DNA of 64,000 bases from Candidatus Sumerlaeia bacterium (GCA_033764015.1 JANRJK010000005.1:1-64000), one strand, 5' to 3'; positions 37,484 through 47,721 are shown, numbered from the stretch's first letter. The notes: a model not told the origin generated them from the letters alone. A program made the numbers and translations.

Positions 37484-38384
37484 GCCGCGCCGCGTCCTGC
37501 TGACGGGCGCGACGGGATTCCTTGGCGCCCACGCGGCGCGTGCCCTGCTCGCCCGAGGGCACCGCGTCATCGGGACGCACATCGAGTCGCCGCACCGGAT
37601 CGAGCGGGTCGAGACGGTCACTCTCGACGTGAGCGATCCGGGACCGGTGCGCCGCCTGCTGCGCGATCTGCGCCCCGACGCCATCGTGCACACCGCGGCG
37701 ATGACCGACGTGGCCGCTTGCGCGCGCGAGCCCGAGGCGGCTCGCCGCGTGAACGCCGAGGGAACCAAGCACATCGTCGACGCCGCCTGCGAGTTCGTCC
37801 CCAGCGCCCCGTTCCTCTACACATCCACGGACCTTGTGTTCGACGGCGCGGCGGCCCCTTACGCCGAAGCCGCGGGGACCAATCCGCTGACCGACTACGC
37901 GCGTCAGAAACTGGCGGGCGAAGCCGCCGCGCTGGCGCACCCCACGGGCACGGTGCTCCGGGTGGCGCTGCTTTTCGGAGCGGGGGTCTTCGGCCGGGCG
38001 GGGTTCCTCGGGTGGATGCGCGGGACGCTGGCGCGCGGCGAGCGGCTCCGGCTTTTCCGCGACGAGTTCCGCACGCCGGTGGCGGCGCGGGATGTGGCCG
38101 AAGCGCTCGCGGCGCTCTGCGAGAGCCCGCTTCCGGGCTTGTTCCACGCGGGCGGGCCCGAGCGGCTGTCGCGGCTGGAGATGGGCCGGCTCCTTTGCCG
38201 CGCGGAGGGCCACCGGGAGGAGCTGCTGGAGCCGTGCGCACTCGCGGAGGTTCCGCTTCCCACGCCGCGCCCGCCGGATGTGAGTTTGGAGTCGTCGAAG
38301 CTGGTGGCGGCGATCGGCTGGCACCGGACCCGCTTCATGGACTTTCTGCAAGAAGGCCGGGGGCGCCTGCCGCTCCCCCACTGA
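37480..38384 (+). CDS. RmlD-like extended SDR (dTDP-4-dehydrorhamnose reductase/MAT2B-like); 5' end apparently frameshifted
   Basis: In-frame RRVLLTGATGFLG at 37488-37526, HTAAMT, STDLVFDG, YARQK (YxxxK), DEFRTP; no in-frame ATG/GTG/TTG upstream of the GxxGxxG motif. Confidence 0.8.
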
Positions 38385-38405
38385 CGAAGGAACGAAGGAA
38401 CCACG

Positions 38406-39767
38406 ATGCCCAGAATCATCCTCATCACGTTGCTGGCGCTGCTGTCGTTCGGCGCGGCGCGCGGCGACGGGCGCACCATGCGCTTCGTCTTCACCAGCGA
38501 CCTCGACCCGGTGTTCGCGCCGGGCTCGACGGAGGTGGGCGACAAGCCCCAGGGGGCGCTCAAGAGCCTCCTCGACCGGCTCCGCGAGGAGGATCCCGAG
38601 TCGGTGTTCGTCGACCTCGGGAATTCCGTGTCGCCGCACAGCTTCATGGAGACCTCCTACGGGTATGTCTCGCTGAACGCCCTCCGCGACTACGGCTTCG
38701 ACGCGGTGCACCTGACGGCGCGCGACGCGGTGATCTCCGGGACGAACAACTTCGGCATCGCCGCCATGGGGGAGCGCGACCTCGCGCAGTACTTCGGCTC
38801 CTTCGGCGTGGACAACCCGGACTCGGGCGTCGCCTGGGCGCCGGAACCGGTCAAGAAGGTCGCGCGCGGGGGCGCGTCGGCCACGCTTGTCAGCCTCGGC
38901 AACCCAGCGGGCTTCGCCGCTTGGCGCGGCGCGCGCGAGGCGCTGATCCAGCGCGACCGCACGGAGGACTTCGTCGCGATGGAGTCTTCCCCCGCCGCCC
39001 TCGTCGTGGCGGTGACGGATCGCCCGCCCGCCGAAGTGGACCGCATCGCCGAGTCGGCGCCCGACGGCTCGATCATCGTTTCCATCCGCGGACCGCGGAA
39101 CGGGCGCGTGGCGCCGGCGCGCGACGGCGGCGCCACGGTCGTCCAGGGGCCGCCCCCCGGGAGCGCCCTTGTGGTGGATGTCGCGGAGGACGGAAAGGTG
39201 ACCGCCCGCCACGAGGCGTTCTCGATCCCTGAGGCGTACTTCGCGATCCGCAAGGCTCCGCTCCCGGAGATCGGGGTCGGGATCACGAACGCGGAGGCGG
39301 CGCTCGCCGAGCGCTTCGGCGCCGATCCCGCGAGCGTCGGCTTCGAGAAGCACGGAGGGCAGGACTTCGGAGACCTGCTGGACCGCGAGCGGATCTTCGT
39401 CTTCCGCGGCATGGTGGACGGCGTGGAGCACCGCTTCTACCGCGTGCAGAACCGGGTCCAGTTCCTCCGCACAGACGGGGTCCTGACCCCGGTCGGCTAC
39501 CCGATGGTGGACATTGTGGCGATGGTGGGGCCGGACCACCGCCTGAAGAAGGTGGCGGTGCGCGACAGTTTCCGCTTCATGGGATACGTGATCGACGTGG
39601 CCCCGCTCTGGGAGTCGCTCTACGGCGCGGACCCTGAGGCCTGGATCCCCGACTACGACCCGTTCCCCGGGGCAGAGGAGTTCGCCGCGATGATCGCGCG
39701 GGACCTGCGCTACACCCTCGAGCTGGACCGGCGCCTGTTCGGGGCGGCGCGCCCCGCCGGGGAGTAG
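38406..39767 (+). CDS. exported protein with degenerate 5'-nucleotidase/metallophosphoesterase-like N-terminal domain
   Basis: Signal peptide; FVFTSDL, VFVDLGN, YGFDAV spacing resembles the calcineurin-like fold but His ligands are missing. Confidence 0.55.
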   Translation: MPRIILITLLALLSFGAARGDGRTMRFVFTSDLDPVFAPGSTEVGDKPQGALKSLLDRLREEDPESVFVDLGNSVSPHSFMETSYGYVSLNALRDYGFDAVHLTARDAVISGTNNFGIAAMGERDLAQYFGSFGVDNPDSGVAWAPEPVKKVARGGASATLVSLGNPAGFAAWRGAREALIQRDRTEDFVAMESSPAALVVAVTDRPPAEVDRIAESAPDGSIIVSIRGPRNGRVAPARDGGATVVQGPPPGSALVVDVAEDGKVTARHEAFSIPEAYFAIRKAPLPEIGVGITNAEAALAERFGADPASVGFEKHGGQDFGDLLDRERIFVFRGMVDGVEHRFYRVQNRVQFLRTDGVLTPVGYPMVDIVAMVGPDHRLKKVAVRDSFRFMGYVIDVAPLWESLYGADPEAWIPDYDPFPGAEEFAAMIARDLRYTLELDRRLFGAARPAGE

Positions 39768-39836
39768 CCCGCAGGCCACCGAAAGGCTCGCCTCCCGACC
39801 CGCGGCCGGCTCCAATGGTAGCCGGCCGCGCCCGTT

Positions 39837-41561
39837 ATGGACTCCTGGAACTTCCTCAAAGACCTGCTTGTGCTGCTCGCCGCGGCGGTGCTGTTCGGCG
39901 CGCTCTTCGAACGCGCCCGGCTGAACGCGATCCTCGGCTACCTCTTCGCGGGAACGCTGGTGGGTCCGGGGATGCTCGGCCTCGTGCCCGCGGGGGAACG
40001 CATCGCGGCGATCGCGGAGATCGGGATCGCGCTCCTGCTGTTCACCATCGGGCTCGAGTTCTCCGTCCGCCGCCTGCTTGCGCTGGGGCGGGTGGCGCTG
40101 CTCGGGGGTGTGCTGCAGATCGCGGCGACCATCGCCGCGGTGGCCGCGGCCGCCTCGGCGCTCGAGCTGCCGATCGCGGCGGGCGTCGCGCTCGGGGCGA
40201 TCCTCGCGCCAAGCAGCACCGCCGCGGTGCTTCGGCTGTTGCGCGAGCGCGGCGAGCTCGACACCGTCCGGGGGCGCAACGCGCTCGGCATCCTACTGCT
40301 GCAGGACGCCGCCCTGGTGCCGCTGGTGCTCCTGATCACGTCGCTCCGGAGCACCGGGGACGCGGATGGTAGCGCGATGGGCACCGTGCTCCGCGCGCTC
40401 GCGGCGCTGGCGCTTTTCGGAGCCGGCGTGGACCTGGCGAGCCGTTTCGTGATGCCCCTCCTCTTCCGCGCCCTTTCCGGCGTGCGGAGCAGGGAGCTCT
40501 TCGTCGTCATGGCGATGGCGCTCTGCCTAGGCGCCGCCTACGCGGCGCATGCGGTCGGGCTCTCGCCGGCGCTCGGGGCCTTTGTCGCCGGGGTGCTGCT
40601 GGCGGAGAGCCCGTTCTCGGCGCAATTGCGCTCCGACGTGGGCGGCGTGCGGATACTCTTCGTCACCCTGTTCTTCACTTCGGTGGGAATGCTGGCGGAT
40701 TTCGAATGGCTCGCCGACCACTTCCTGCTGGCGGCGGGGGTCACCGGGGCGCTGCTCGGGGGCAAGGCGCTGGTGGTCTTCGCGGTGCTCCGGCTGCTGC
40801 GCGTGGGGCGCGGGCCAAGCCTCTCGTCGGGTCTGCTGCTCGCGCAGGGCGGCGAGTTCTCCTTCGTGCTCGCCGCGATGGCGGCGGAGGGGGGCGGCTT
40901 GATCGACCGCGACACGTTCCAGCTCGTTTCCACGTGCGTGCTGGCCACTCTGTTCGCGACACCGTTCCTAGTGGCGGCGGCGCCTTTCGCGGAGGAGCGG
41001 TTGAGGGCCGGGGGCTCCGCGCCGGACCCCGACAGCGCCGCCGGCGGGGATGGCGCGCACGGGCTGGCGCACCACCATATCGTGGTGGGCTTCGGTCCCG
41101 CGGGGCGGCGTGTAGTCGAAAGCCTGCGCGAGCGCGGGGAGCGCGTCGTGGTGTTGGAGCTGAACCCGCAAACGGTCGAGCGGGCGCGGAACGCGGGGCT
41201 GCTGGCGGAGGTGGGCGACGCTTCGCAGGCGGAGGTGCTCGAACACTGCGGCGTCGGAACGGCCGCGTCGCTGGTGGTCACGATCCCGGACCACGACGCG
41301 GCGACGCGGATCATCGAGCAGGCCCGCGGTCTGGCTGCTGGGCTGCCGATCTATGCGAGGGCGCGCCTGCGGCGGCACATGCCCGAGATGCTCCGGGCCG
41401 GGGCGGACCTGGCCCTCGATGAGGAGGACCAAGTGGGGTTGGCGCTCAGCGCGGAGATTTGCCGAAGGCACGAGCTGCGGCTCGCCGGCGTCCAGCCGGA
41501 CCGGGATGGCGAGCTGCGGGAGGCGGAGGCGGCGGCGGACGCTCCCTCGCAACCGCAGTAG
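39837..41561 (+). CDS. CPA2 cation:proton antiporter with TrkA-N (KTN) domain (Kef-type)
   Basis: LLFTIGLE, SSTA, LLLQD, LGAFVAG, QGGEFSFVL; VVGFGPAG and GDAS KTN motifs. Confidence 0.92.
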   Translation: MDSWNFLKDLLVLLAAAVLFGALFERARLNAILGYLFAGTLVGPGMLGLVPAGERIAAIAEIGIALLLFTIGLEFSVRRLLALGRVALLGGVLQIAATIAAVAAAASALELPIAAGVALGAILAPSSTAAVLRLLRERGELDTVRGRNALGILLLQDAALVPLVLLITSLRSTGDADGSAMGTVLRALAALALFGAGVDLASRFVMPLLFRALSGVRSRELFVVMAMALCLGAAYAAHAVGLSPALGAFVAGVLLAESPFSAQLRSDVGGVRILFVTLFFTSVGMLADFEWLADHFLLAAGVTGALLGGKALVVFAVLRLLRVGRGPSLSSGLLLAQGGEFSFVLAAMAAEGGGLIDRDTFQLVSTCVLATLFATPFLVAAAPFAEERLRAGGSAPDPDSAAGGDGAHGLAHHHIVVGFGPAGRRVVESLRERGERVVVLELNPQTVERARNAGLLAEVGDASQAEVLEHCGVGTAASLVVTIPDHDAATRIIEQARGLAAGLPIYARARLRRHMPEMLRAGADLALDEEDQVGLALSAEICRRHELRLAGVQPDRDGELREAEAAADAPSQPQ

Positions 41562-41565
41562 GCGG

Positions 41566-42006
41566 CTAGTACTCGGTTTCGCTCTCGAGGTCCGGCGCGA
41601 GGATCATCTCCTCGATGTCGCCGGCGGTCTTGTCGGCGTCGAGGTGCGTCTCGCGGAAGGCGGGGGGGCGAAGGCGCCCCTCGTTGTTGTAGCCCGGCGT
41701 GGGGAGTCCGAGCGCTTCGCGGTTCGCGGTCGGAATCGGGGGCACCGTCTCGCCGCGGGCCTCGGGGCCGGCCGGGGTCGGGGCCGGGGTCGGAGCGTCC
41801 ACATCCGGCGGGCGGGTCGCCATCGCGTCCAACTCGGCCTGCCGGCGTTCGCGGTCGCGCTCGATTTCGCCCTCTTCGAGCTCCGCCCGCACATCATCGA
41901 GCGAGATGGTCTCGATGCGCGGGGCGGGCGCGAAAATCGCCACCGCGAGCAGCAGCACGAGCGCAGCCGCCACCAGGGCGAGTTGGATCTGAAGGGCCTT
42001 GTTCAA
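41566..42006 (-). CDS. hypothetical membrane-anchored protein
   Basis: TTG start, one TM, Pro-rich acidic tail. Confidence 0.55.
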   Translation of the reverse strand: MNKALQIQLALVAAALVLLLAVAIFAPAPRIETISLDDVRAELEEGEIERDRERRQAELDAMATRPPDVDAPTPAPTPAGPEARGETVPPIPTANREALGLPTPGYNNEGRLRPPAFRETHLDADKTAGDIEEMILAPDLESETEY

Positions 42007-42380
42007 CGGCTGCTCCGCGCGTCGGGATGCGGCGCCCCGCGTCGCGCGGGGCACCGCACCATGCCCGGGCAACGGGCGCGCGGGGTCAACCCCCGCCGCG
42101 CCGCCCTACCACTTCGCCGACTGTGCTTTGGGCCGCTTTGCCGCCTCATTCTCAAGCGACGAGTCCAGCCGGACGGGGTCCTCCGCATGCCGGCGGAGGG
42201 ATCACCCACCCTTCCGTGATACGACAAAACGCGTGAGTACCGCCACCGCCAATCCTGCGAACCCCAGGACGAACAGTGCCGTCATCGTCACTGCCTGCGG
42301 TCGACGAGACACCCATGCTGAGCAAGGGGGTGCCACCCCCGGGCGTTCACAGTTTCAGACCCGACCTCGAGCGCTTCCCC

Positions 42381-44330
42381 CTACCTGAGTCGGGGCATCC
42401 CTTTCGAGAGCTGGTCGAACAGTGCGTCCGCGCTGGGCGGGTTGGGGATGCGTTCAAACGCAGTGATTCTGGAACCCCCGGTCTGGGGCGCCGCATTCGG
42501 CGCGAAGGTGTGAAGTGTCACGAGCCGGGGAAACGAGGGGAACTCGGGGCCATATTCCGCCAATGCCCACTCCAGATGCTTCCGATCAAGCACCGAAGGG
42601 CTCCCGGGCGTGTAACCCTCCGGGATGTTGACCTCGCCATGTCCCGCAATCCACTGGCCGCGGTAGAACTCGAAGTACCTCATCAGCCTCACCCCCCCTT
42701 CCCGCGGCTCATGATCAAAGACCAGCTGGGTCCCGGCGGATGTATGGGCCTCGGTGATTTCCTCCTCCGGGATTGGCGCGGCGTATACACGCCACAGCAA
42801 GTAGTATGGGAAACAGCCCCACATCTCGGGCGTCAGGCCCGCATTGGCGGCGCCGTTCACGTAGGCGGCCTCCGACTTGCCGCCGGTGAGCGCGTACTTT
42901 TGTGGGCGTTCCGGAGCCAAGCGCACTACTTCCCTGGAGCCGGAGTCGGTTGTCACAAGGGCCACGATGCCGTCCGCGAGATACCAGCTCTCGAAGTCCG
43001 CCACAGGTTCGGTGGGCGCGGCCAGAGGAGGGGCGCCTTGAGGTTGACGCAACGCGACGCCGGTAACCTTGAGTCCGATCAGGGACTCGTCGGTCTTCGG
43101 GGTGGGCCGTTGCGCATGCACCCGGTCGGGGGACGCAACCCAGGGCACGAGGCAAGCTGCCGCAGGCGCCGCGGCCCGTCCCGCCCCCAGCAGGCTCAGC
43201 AGGATCGCGTCGCTGCGCAGCCAGCCCTCGCGGGTGAGGCGCAGGCGGCCTGCTTCCGAGTGGAACCAGGGTGCGGCTTCGGGTTGGCGCGCGAGCCACT
43301 CGCCCACCAGCGCGTGCAGTTCCGGATCGGTGGCGGCGTCGATGCCGTCGCTGCGACGAAGGAGGCAGAAGAGGCGCTCTTCGAGGGCGACGCCCGAGGC
43401 GAGCGTCTCGACCTCTTCGACGAAGCGCTCGCCGCGGGCGGTGGCGGCGGCCCAGCCGTCGAGGTCGTGCCGGTTGAACCAGCGGCGGTCGCCCAAGCTG
43501 GTGTGGGCGGAGGGCCCGAGGCCGAGCACGTCGCGGCGGGTCCAGTAGCGCTGGTTGTGGCGGCTGCGGAAGCCGGGGCGGGCGAAGTTGCTGATCTCGT
43601 AGTGCTCGTAGCCGGCGGCTTCGAGGAGCGCGGCGCCCTCGAGGTACATCGACGCCTGCTCGTCCTCGGGGGGCTGCGCGAGGCGGCCTTGGGCGAATTC
43701 GCGGTGGAAAGGCGTCTCCTCGTGGATCGTGAGGCCGTAGAAGCTGAGGTGCTCGGGGGCGAGCGCGGCGGCGGCGGCGAGCGATTCGCGCCATCCGGCG
43801 GGCGTCTGGCCCGGCAGGGCGAACATCAGGTCGAGGCCGATGTTGCGGAAGCCGGCGGCGCGGGCGGCCTCGAAGGCGCGGGTGATCGTCTCGCGCCCGT
43901 GCAGGCGTTCGAGGAGCGTCAGCTCGCGCGCGTCGAAGCTCTGCATGCCGATGCTCAGGCGGTTGACGCCGGCGGCGTACCACTTCGCGGCGCGGCCCTC
44001 CGTGAGGTTCTCGGGGTTCGCCTCGAGCGTCACCTCGGCGGGAACGGCGCCGGGGGTGAACTCGTCGACCATGGTGTGGATAAGGTCGCCGACCGCTTCG
44101 GGGACGAGGGTGCTCGGCGTGCCGCCGCCGAAGTAGATCGTGTCGAGCGTGCGCCGGCGCAGCGAGGGGTCCGCGGCCAGGTGGAGGCGGAGTTCCGCCG
44201 CGACGGCGTCGGGGAACTCGAGCCGCGCGCGGGCGGGGCGGTCGCGCAGTTCGAGCTTGTAGAAGTCGCAGTAGGGGCAGGCGTGCTTGCAGAACGGCAC
44301 GTGCACATACAGGCCGAGCGTGCCGTCCAT
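42381..44330 (-). CDS. hemW: radical SAM heme chaperone HemW with ~270-aa unrelated C-terminal extension
   Basis: LYVHVPFCKHACPYCDF, YFGGGTPS, EANPE, RLSIGMQSF, YEISNFA, HNQRYW, GLGPSAH; HemW domain ends near 43190. Confidence 0.9.
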   Translation of the reverse strand: MDGTLGLYVHVPFCKHACPYCDFYKLELRDRPARARLEFPDAVAAELRLHLAADPSLRRRTLDTIYFGGGTPSTLVPEAVGDLIHTMVDEFTPGAVPAEVTLEANPENLTEGRAAKWYAAGVNRLSIGMQSFDARELTLLERLHGRETITRAFEAARAAGFRNIGLDLMFALPGQTPAGWRESLAAAAALAPEHLSFYGLTIHEETPFHREFAQGRLAQPPEDEQASMYLEGAALLEAAGYEHYEISNFARPGFRSRHNQRYWTRRDVLGLGPSAHTSLGDRRWFNRHDLDGWAAATARGERFVEEVETLASGVALEERLFCLLRRSDGIDAATDPELHALVGEWLARQPEAAPWFHSEAGRLRLTREGWLRSDAILLSLLGAGRAAAPAAACLVPWVASPDRVHAQRPTPKTDESLIGLKVTGVALRQPQGAPPLAAPTEPVADFESWYLADGIVALVTTDSGSREVVRLAPERPQKYALTGGKSEAAYVNGAANAGLTPEMWGCFPYYLLWRVYAAPIPEEEITEAHTSAGTQLVFDHEPREGGVRLMRYFEFYRGQWIAGHGEVNIPEGYTPGSPSVLDRKHLEWALAEYGPEFPSFPRLVTLHTFAPNAAPQTGGSRITAFERIPNPPSADALFDQLSKGMPRLR

Positions 44331-44336
44331 GGGCGG

Positions 44337-45116
44337 TCAGGCCTTGCGGTGGATGAGCCAGCCGGTGGCCTGGTTCGTCGCGGTGAGGATCATGGTGTTG
44401 ATCTGCACGTGCGGCGGCCGGGTGACGGCGAAGAGGACGCACTCGGCGACGTCCTCCGGCGTGAGCGGCTCGATGCCCTGGTAGGGCTTCTTCGCGGCCT
44501 CACCGTCGCCGTGGAAGCGGACGAGGCTGAATTCGGTGCCGCCGACGAGGCCCGGGTCGATCGAGGTGGCGCGAAGCGGCGTGTCCACCAAGTCGACGGC
44601 GAGCGAGCGGGTGATCGCATCGACGGCGAACTTGGCCGCGCAGTACACGTTGCCGCGGGGGTAGACGTCGTGGCCGGCGACGGAGCCGATGTTGACGATG
44701 TGGCCACTCCCCCGCCGCAGCATCGCGCCGACCAGGGTGCGCGTGACGTAGAGGAGGCCCTTCACGTTCACGTCGATCATCGCGTCCCAGTCGTCGAGGC
44801 TGCCGTCCTGGAACTTGTCGAGGCCGAGGGCGCCTCCCGCGTTGTTCACGAGGATGTCCGGGGCGCCCCACGGTTCCGGGAGCGCTTCGAGCGCCGCGAC
44901 GATCCCGGCGCGGTCCGCGACGTCGCCCTCGATGGCGAGAGCTTCGGTGCCATGTGCGGCGCGGAGTTCCTCGGCGAGTTCGCGCAGCCGGTCGCCGCGG
45001 CGCGCGAGGAGGGCGACGCGGGCGCCATCCCGGGCGAGCGCTCGCGCGATGGCGGCGCCGATGCCCGAGCTGGCGCCCGTGACGAGGGCGGTCTTGCCGG
45101 ATAGCTGGGCGCTCAC
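44337..45116 (-). CDS. SDR oxidoreductase, YdfG-like NADP-dependent 3-hydroxy acid dehydrogenase
   Basis: TGASSGIG, NNAG.ALG, YCAAK, PGLV..TEFSLVRF. Confidence 0.9.
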   Translation of the reverse strand: MSAQLSGKTALVTGASSGIGAAIARALARDGARVALLARRGDRLRELAEELRAAHGTEALAIEGDVADRAGIVAALEALPEPWGAPDILVNNAGGALGLDKFQDGSLDDWDAMIDVNVKGLLYVTRTLVGAMLRRGSGHIVNIGSVAGHDVYPRGNVYCAAKFAVDAITRSLAVDLVDTPLRATSIDPGLVGGTEFSLVRFHGDGEAAKKPYQGIEPLTPEDVAECVLFAVTRPPHVQINTMILTATNQATGWLIHRKA

Positions 45117-46069
45117 TTCGCTGCGGCTTCCTTCTTCGAGGGAATCTCGTCGTTGATGCCGAGGCGGCGGACTTGGTGGCCGCGGGCTTCGAGCCCCTTG
45201 TGGACGGCGTAGGGCCCGGCGAAGTGCAGCGCGCCGACCGCGAAGAAGTGCGAGCGGCCCGGGTTCTCGCGGATCGCCTTGTCGATGTTCTCGGCCATCT
45301 TCTTGTCGCGGTCGTCGAGGAGCTTCACGCGGAAGCGCTCCATGAGTTCATCGTTGGGGTCGTACTGGCGGTTCATCTCCGCATAGAGCGCCACTTCGTC
45401 GCCTTCGAGGTAGAGGCGCATCAGCTCGCGGAGGGAGTCGCGGCCGGCCTTCTCGTCCTCTTCCAGCGAGTCGAGGCTCTTGCCGAGCATGTAGAGTTGC
45501 TCGTCGAGGGTGAAGCCCTCGAAGACGGCGACCTGGGAGTCGATGGTTTCGAGCGCGCCCAGCTTCTTGCGGGCGAAGGCCGCGCGGTTGTAAAGGTTCT
45601 GGTCGACGGACTTGCCGGGCTGGATGAGCTCCGGGTTGCCCATGATGGCGAGCTGTACGGCAACCATCCACGGCTTCATGGCGTCGAGCGTGTCGGGCGA
45701 ACCGCCCTTCGAGGTCGCGTAGTCGTGGACGCGCTTCCGGAGCTCGGGGCTGGCGGCGTCGCCAAAGGTCTCTCCGGGCTGCGCGATGACCTTCGTAGCC
45801 ATGCGCGTCATCGAGATCATGTCCATGGGGATCTCGGTGTAGAGGGCGTCGGAGGCGGTGAAGGCGTCGTTGACCACCTGCGGGAACTCTAGGATCGCGT
45901 CGTTCGCAAGGTGGATGGTGCCGAAGAGGAAGGACGGGGTTTCGCCTTCGACGACCCAGAGGAAGGGCTTCTCGGTGGGCTTGAGTCCGCCGTCGGCGCG
46001 CGACGGGGACGGAAGGAGGAGCAGCGCGAGGAACGCGAGCGCGGCGAGGAAGCGTGGCATGGTCTTCAT
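45113..46069 (-). CDS. TraB/GumN (TIKI) family protein
   Basis: Signal peptide; FLFGTIH, LET..SQ, R...M, FFAVGALH. Confidence 0.9.
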   Translation of the reverse strand: MKTMPRFLAALAFLALLLLPSPSRADGGLKPTEKPFLWVVEGETPSFLFGTIHLANDAILEFPQVVNDAFTASDALYTEIPMDMISMTRMATKVIAQPGETFGDAASPELRKRVHDYATSKGGSPDTLDAMKPWMVAVQLAIMGNPELIQPGKSVDQNLYNRAAFARKKLGALETIDSQVAVFEGFTLDEQLYMLGKSLDSLEEDEKAGRDSLRELMRLYLEGDEVALYAEMNRQYDPNDELMERFRVKLLDDRDKKMAENIDKAIRENPGRSHFFAVGALHFAGPYAVHKGLEARGHQVRRLGINDEIPSKKEAAAK

Positions 46070-46270
46070 GCGGGATCTCCGGGGTGTGATGGGGCGCCCG
46101 CGGCGCCACGCCAAGAGACCGGAGCATGGGCCGGACCGGTTGGCGCGGCGACGGGAATCGCCTGCGGATGGTACGCACCGGGTCCGATTTTCTTTGAATG
46201 CACGGTCCATGGGAGGGGTAGACTCCTTTGGAACGACAGACTAGGCGCGACGTGCCGCGAGGAGTTGGCC

Positions 46271-47356
46271 GTGTTCTTCTTCTTCTTCACTGTCCGCGAG
46301 AGCACCATCGCCATCGTCGAGTCCTTCGGGCGCTTCACGCGCACCGCCGGTCCGGGCCTGCACATGAAGACTCCTTTCGAGAGCGTCGTCGGCCGCGTAA
46401 GCCTCCGCGTCCAGCAGATGGACGTCGGCATCGAAACGAAGACCGAGGACGACGTGTTCGTGCGGATCACCGTCGCGGTCCAGTTCGCCGTCATGCCGGA
46501 CCACGTGGTGGAGTCGTTCTACAAGCTCATGAACCCCGGCCAGCAAATCGAGTCCTACGTGTACGACGTGGTGCGCTCGCAGGTTCCCGGGATGAAGCTG
46601 GACGAAGTGTTCCGCAACAAGGAGGACATCGCGCAGGCGGTGAAGAAGGAGCTTTCGGGGGTGATGCTGCAGTACGGCTACCGCATCGTGAACGCGCTGG
46701 TGAACGACGTGGACCCGGACCCGAAGGTGAAGTCCGCCATGAACGCGATCAACGAGGCGCAGCGGCTCCGCAAGGCGGCGGAGGAGCGCGGCGAGGCGGA
46801 CAAGATCCTGAAGATCAAGGGCGCGGAAGCGGAGGCGGAGTCGAAGATCCTGCAGGGCCGCGGCATCGCCGGCCAGCGCAAGGCGATCATCGACGGCCTG
46901 CGCGACAGCGTGGAGGATTTCCAGCGCGGCATCCCCGGCGTCTCCGCCGGCGAGGTGATGCAGATGGTGCTGATGACGCAGTACTTCGACACGCTGAAGG
47001 ACGTCGGACAGGCCTCGCGGACGAACACGATCCTGCTGCCGCACACGCCGGGCGCGCTGGGGAACATCGCGGACCAGCTCCAGATGAGCCTGATGACCGC
47101 GAACCTGGCCACCTCCGAGGCGATGGAGGAGGGCACCGGCGGCGGCTCGGGGCGCCCCCATCCGGCGCCGCACCACGCAGCCGCGCCGAGGTTCGACGAG
47201 CACGCCCCCGCGGAGCCGCACCCGGTGGAGGCGCCCGCCATGCCTCCGCAGGCGCCGAACCCGGCGCAGGCCGCGGCGCTGAAGGGGCTGATGAAGCAGG
47301 CCAAGAGCCACATCGTGACGCGCCGGCCCCAGCCGCCGCCGTTCCGCCCGGGGTGA
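46271..47356 (+). CDS. SPFH/band-7 domain protein (HIR-like) with Pro/His-rich tail
   Basis: GGAG SD + GTG; ETKTEDDVFV, YVYDVVRSQVP, AMNAIN, G.GIAGQRKAIIDGL, TQYFDTLK. Confidence 0.9.
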   Translation: MFFFFFTVRESTIAIVESFGRFTRTAGPGLHMKTPFESVVGRVSLRVQQMDVGIETKTEDDVFVRITVAVQFAVMPDHVVESFYKLMNPGQQIESYVYDVVRSQVPGMKLDEVFRNKEDIAQAVKKELSGVMLQYGYRIVNALVNDVDPDPKVKSAMNAINEAQRLRKAAEERGEADKILKIKGAEAEAESKILQGRGIAGQRKAIIDGLRDSVEDFQRGIPGVSAGEVMQMVLMTQYFDTLKDVGQASRTNTILLPHTPGALGNIADQLQMSLMTANLATSEAMEEGTGGGSGRPHPAPHHAAAPRFDEHAPAEPHPVEAPAMPPQAPNPAQAAALKGLMKQAKSHIVTRRPQPPPFRPG

Positions 47357-47427
47357 CGGCCCTTCCCGCTTGCGCGGGGGAGGCCGCCGCGCGGACATAG
47401 CCACAGCAAGCGCAAAGGACCGCCCCA

Positions 47428-47721
47428 GTGGCCACCCCGGTTGACGAAGACCCCTATGGCGTCGGAACCGCCTGGTTGATGCTCGGCGCGTTCACCAGCG
47501 TGGTGTTGACGGGGTTGTCGCTCTACCTGGTGAAAGGCGCGGCGTTCGCCGAAACGCTGGTCGGGCTCGTCGCGATCCCGCTAGGCGCAGCGCTGTTCCT
47601 CTCTTCGAGCTTTGCAGGCGTCTTATTCGCCATGTTGCTGCTGATCCGTCGCGACAAGGTCGAGGGGTTCTGCTTCCTGTCGCTGCTCGTGATCCTCTGG
47701 CACTTGGCCTGCCTCATCTGA
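47428..47721 (+). CDS. small hypothetical membrane protein
   Basis: AAGGA SD, GTG start, three hydrophobic segments. Confidence 0.55.
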   Translation: MATPVDEDPYGVGTAWLMLGAFTSVVLTGLSLYLVKGAAFAETLVGLVAIPLGAALFLSSSFAGVLFAMLLLIRRDKVEGFCFLSLLVILWHLACLI

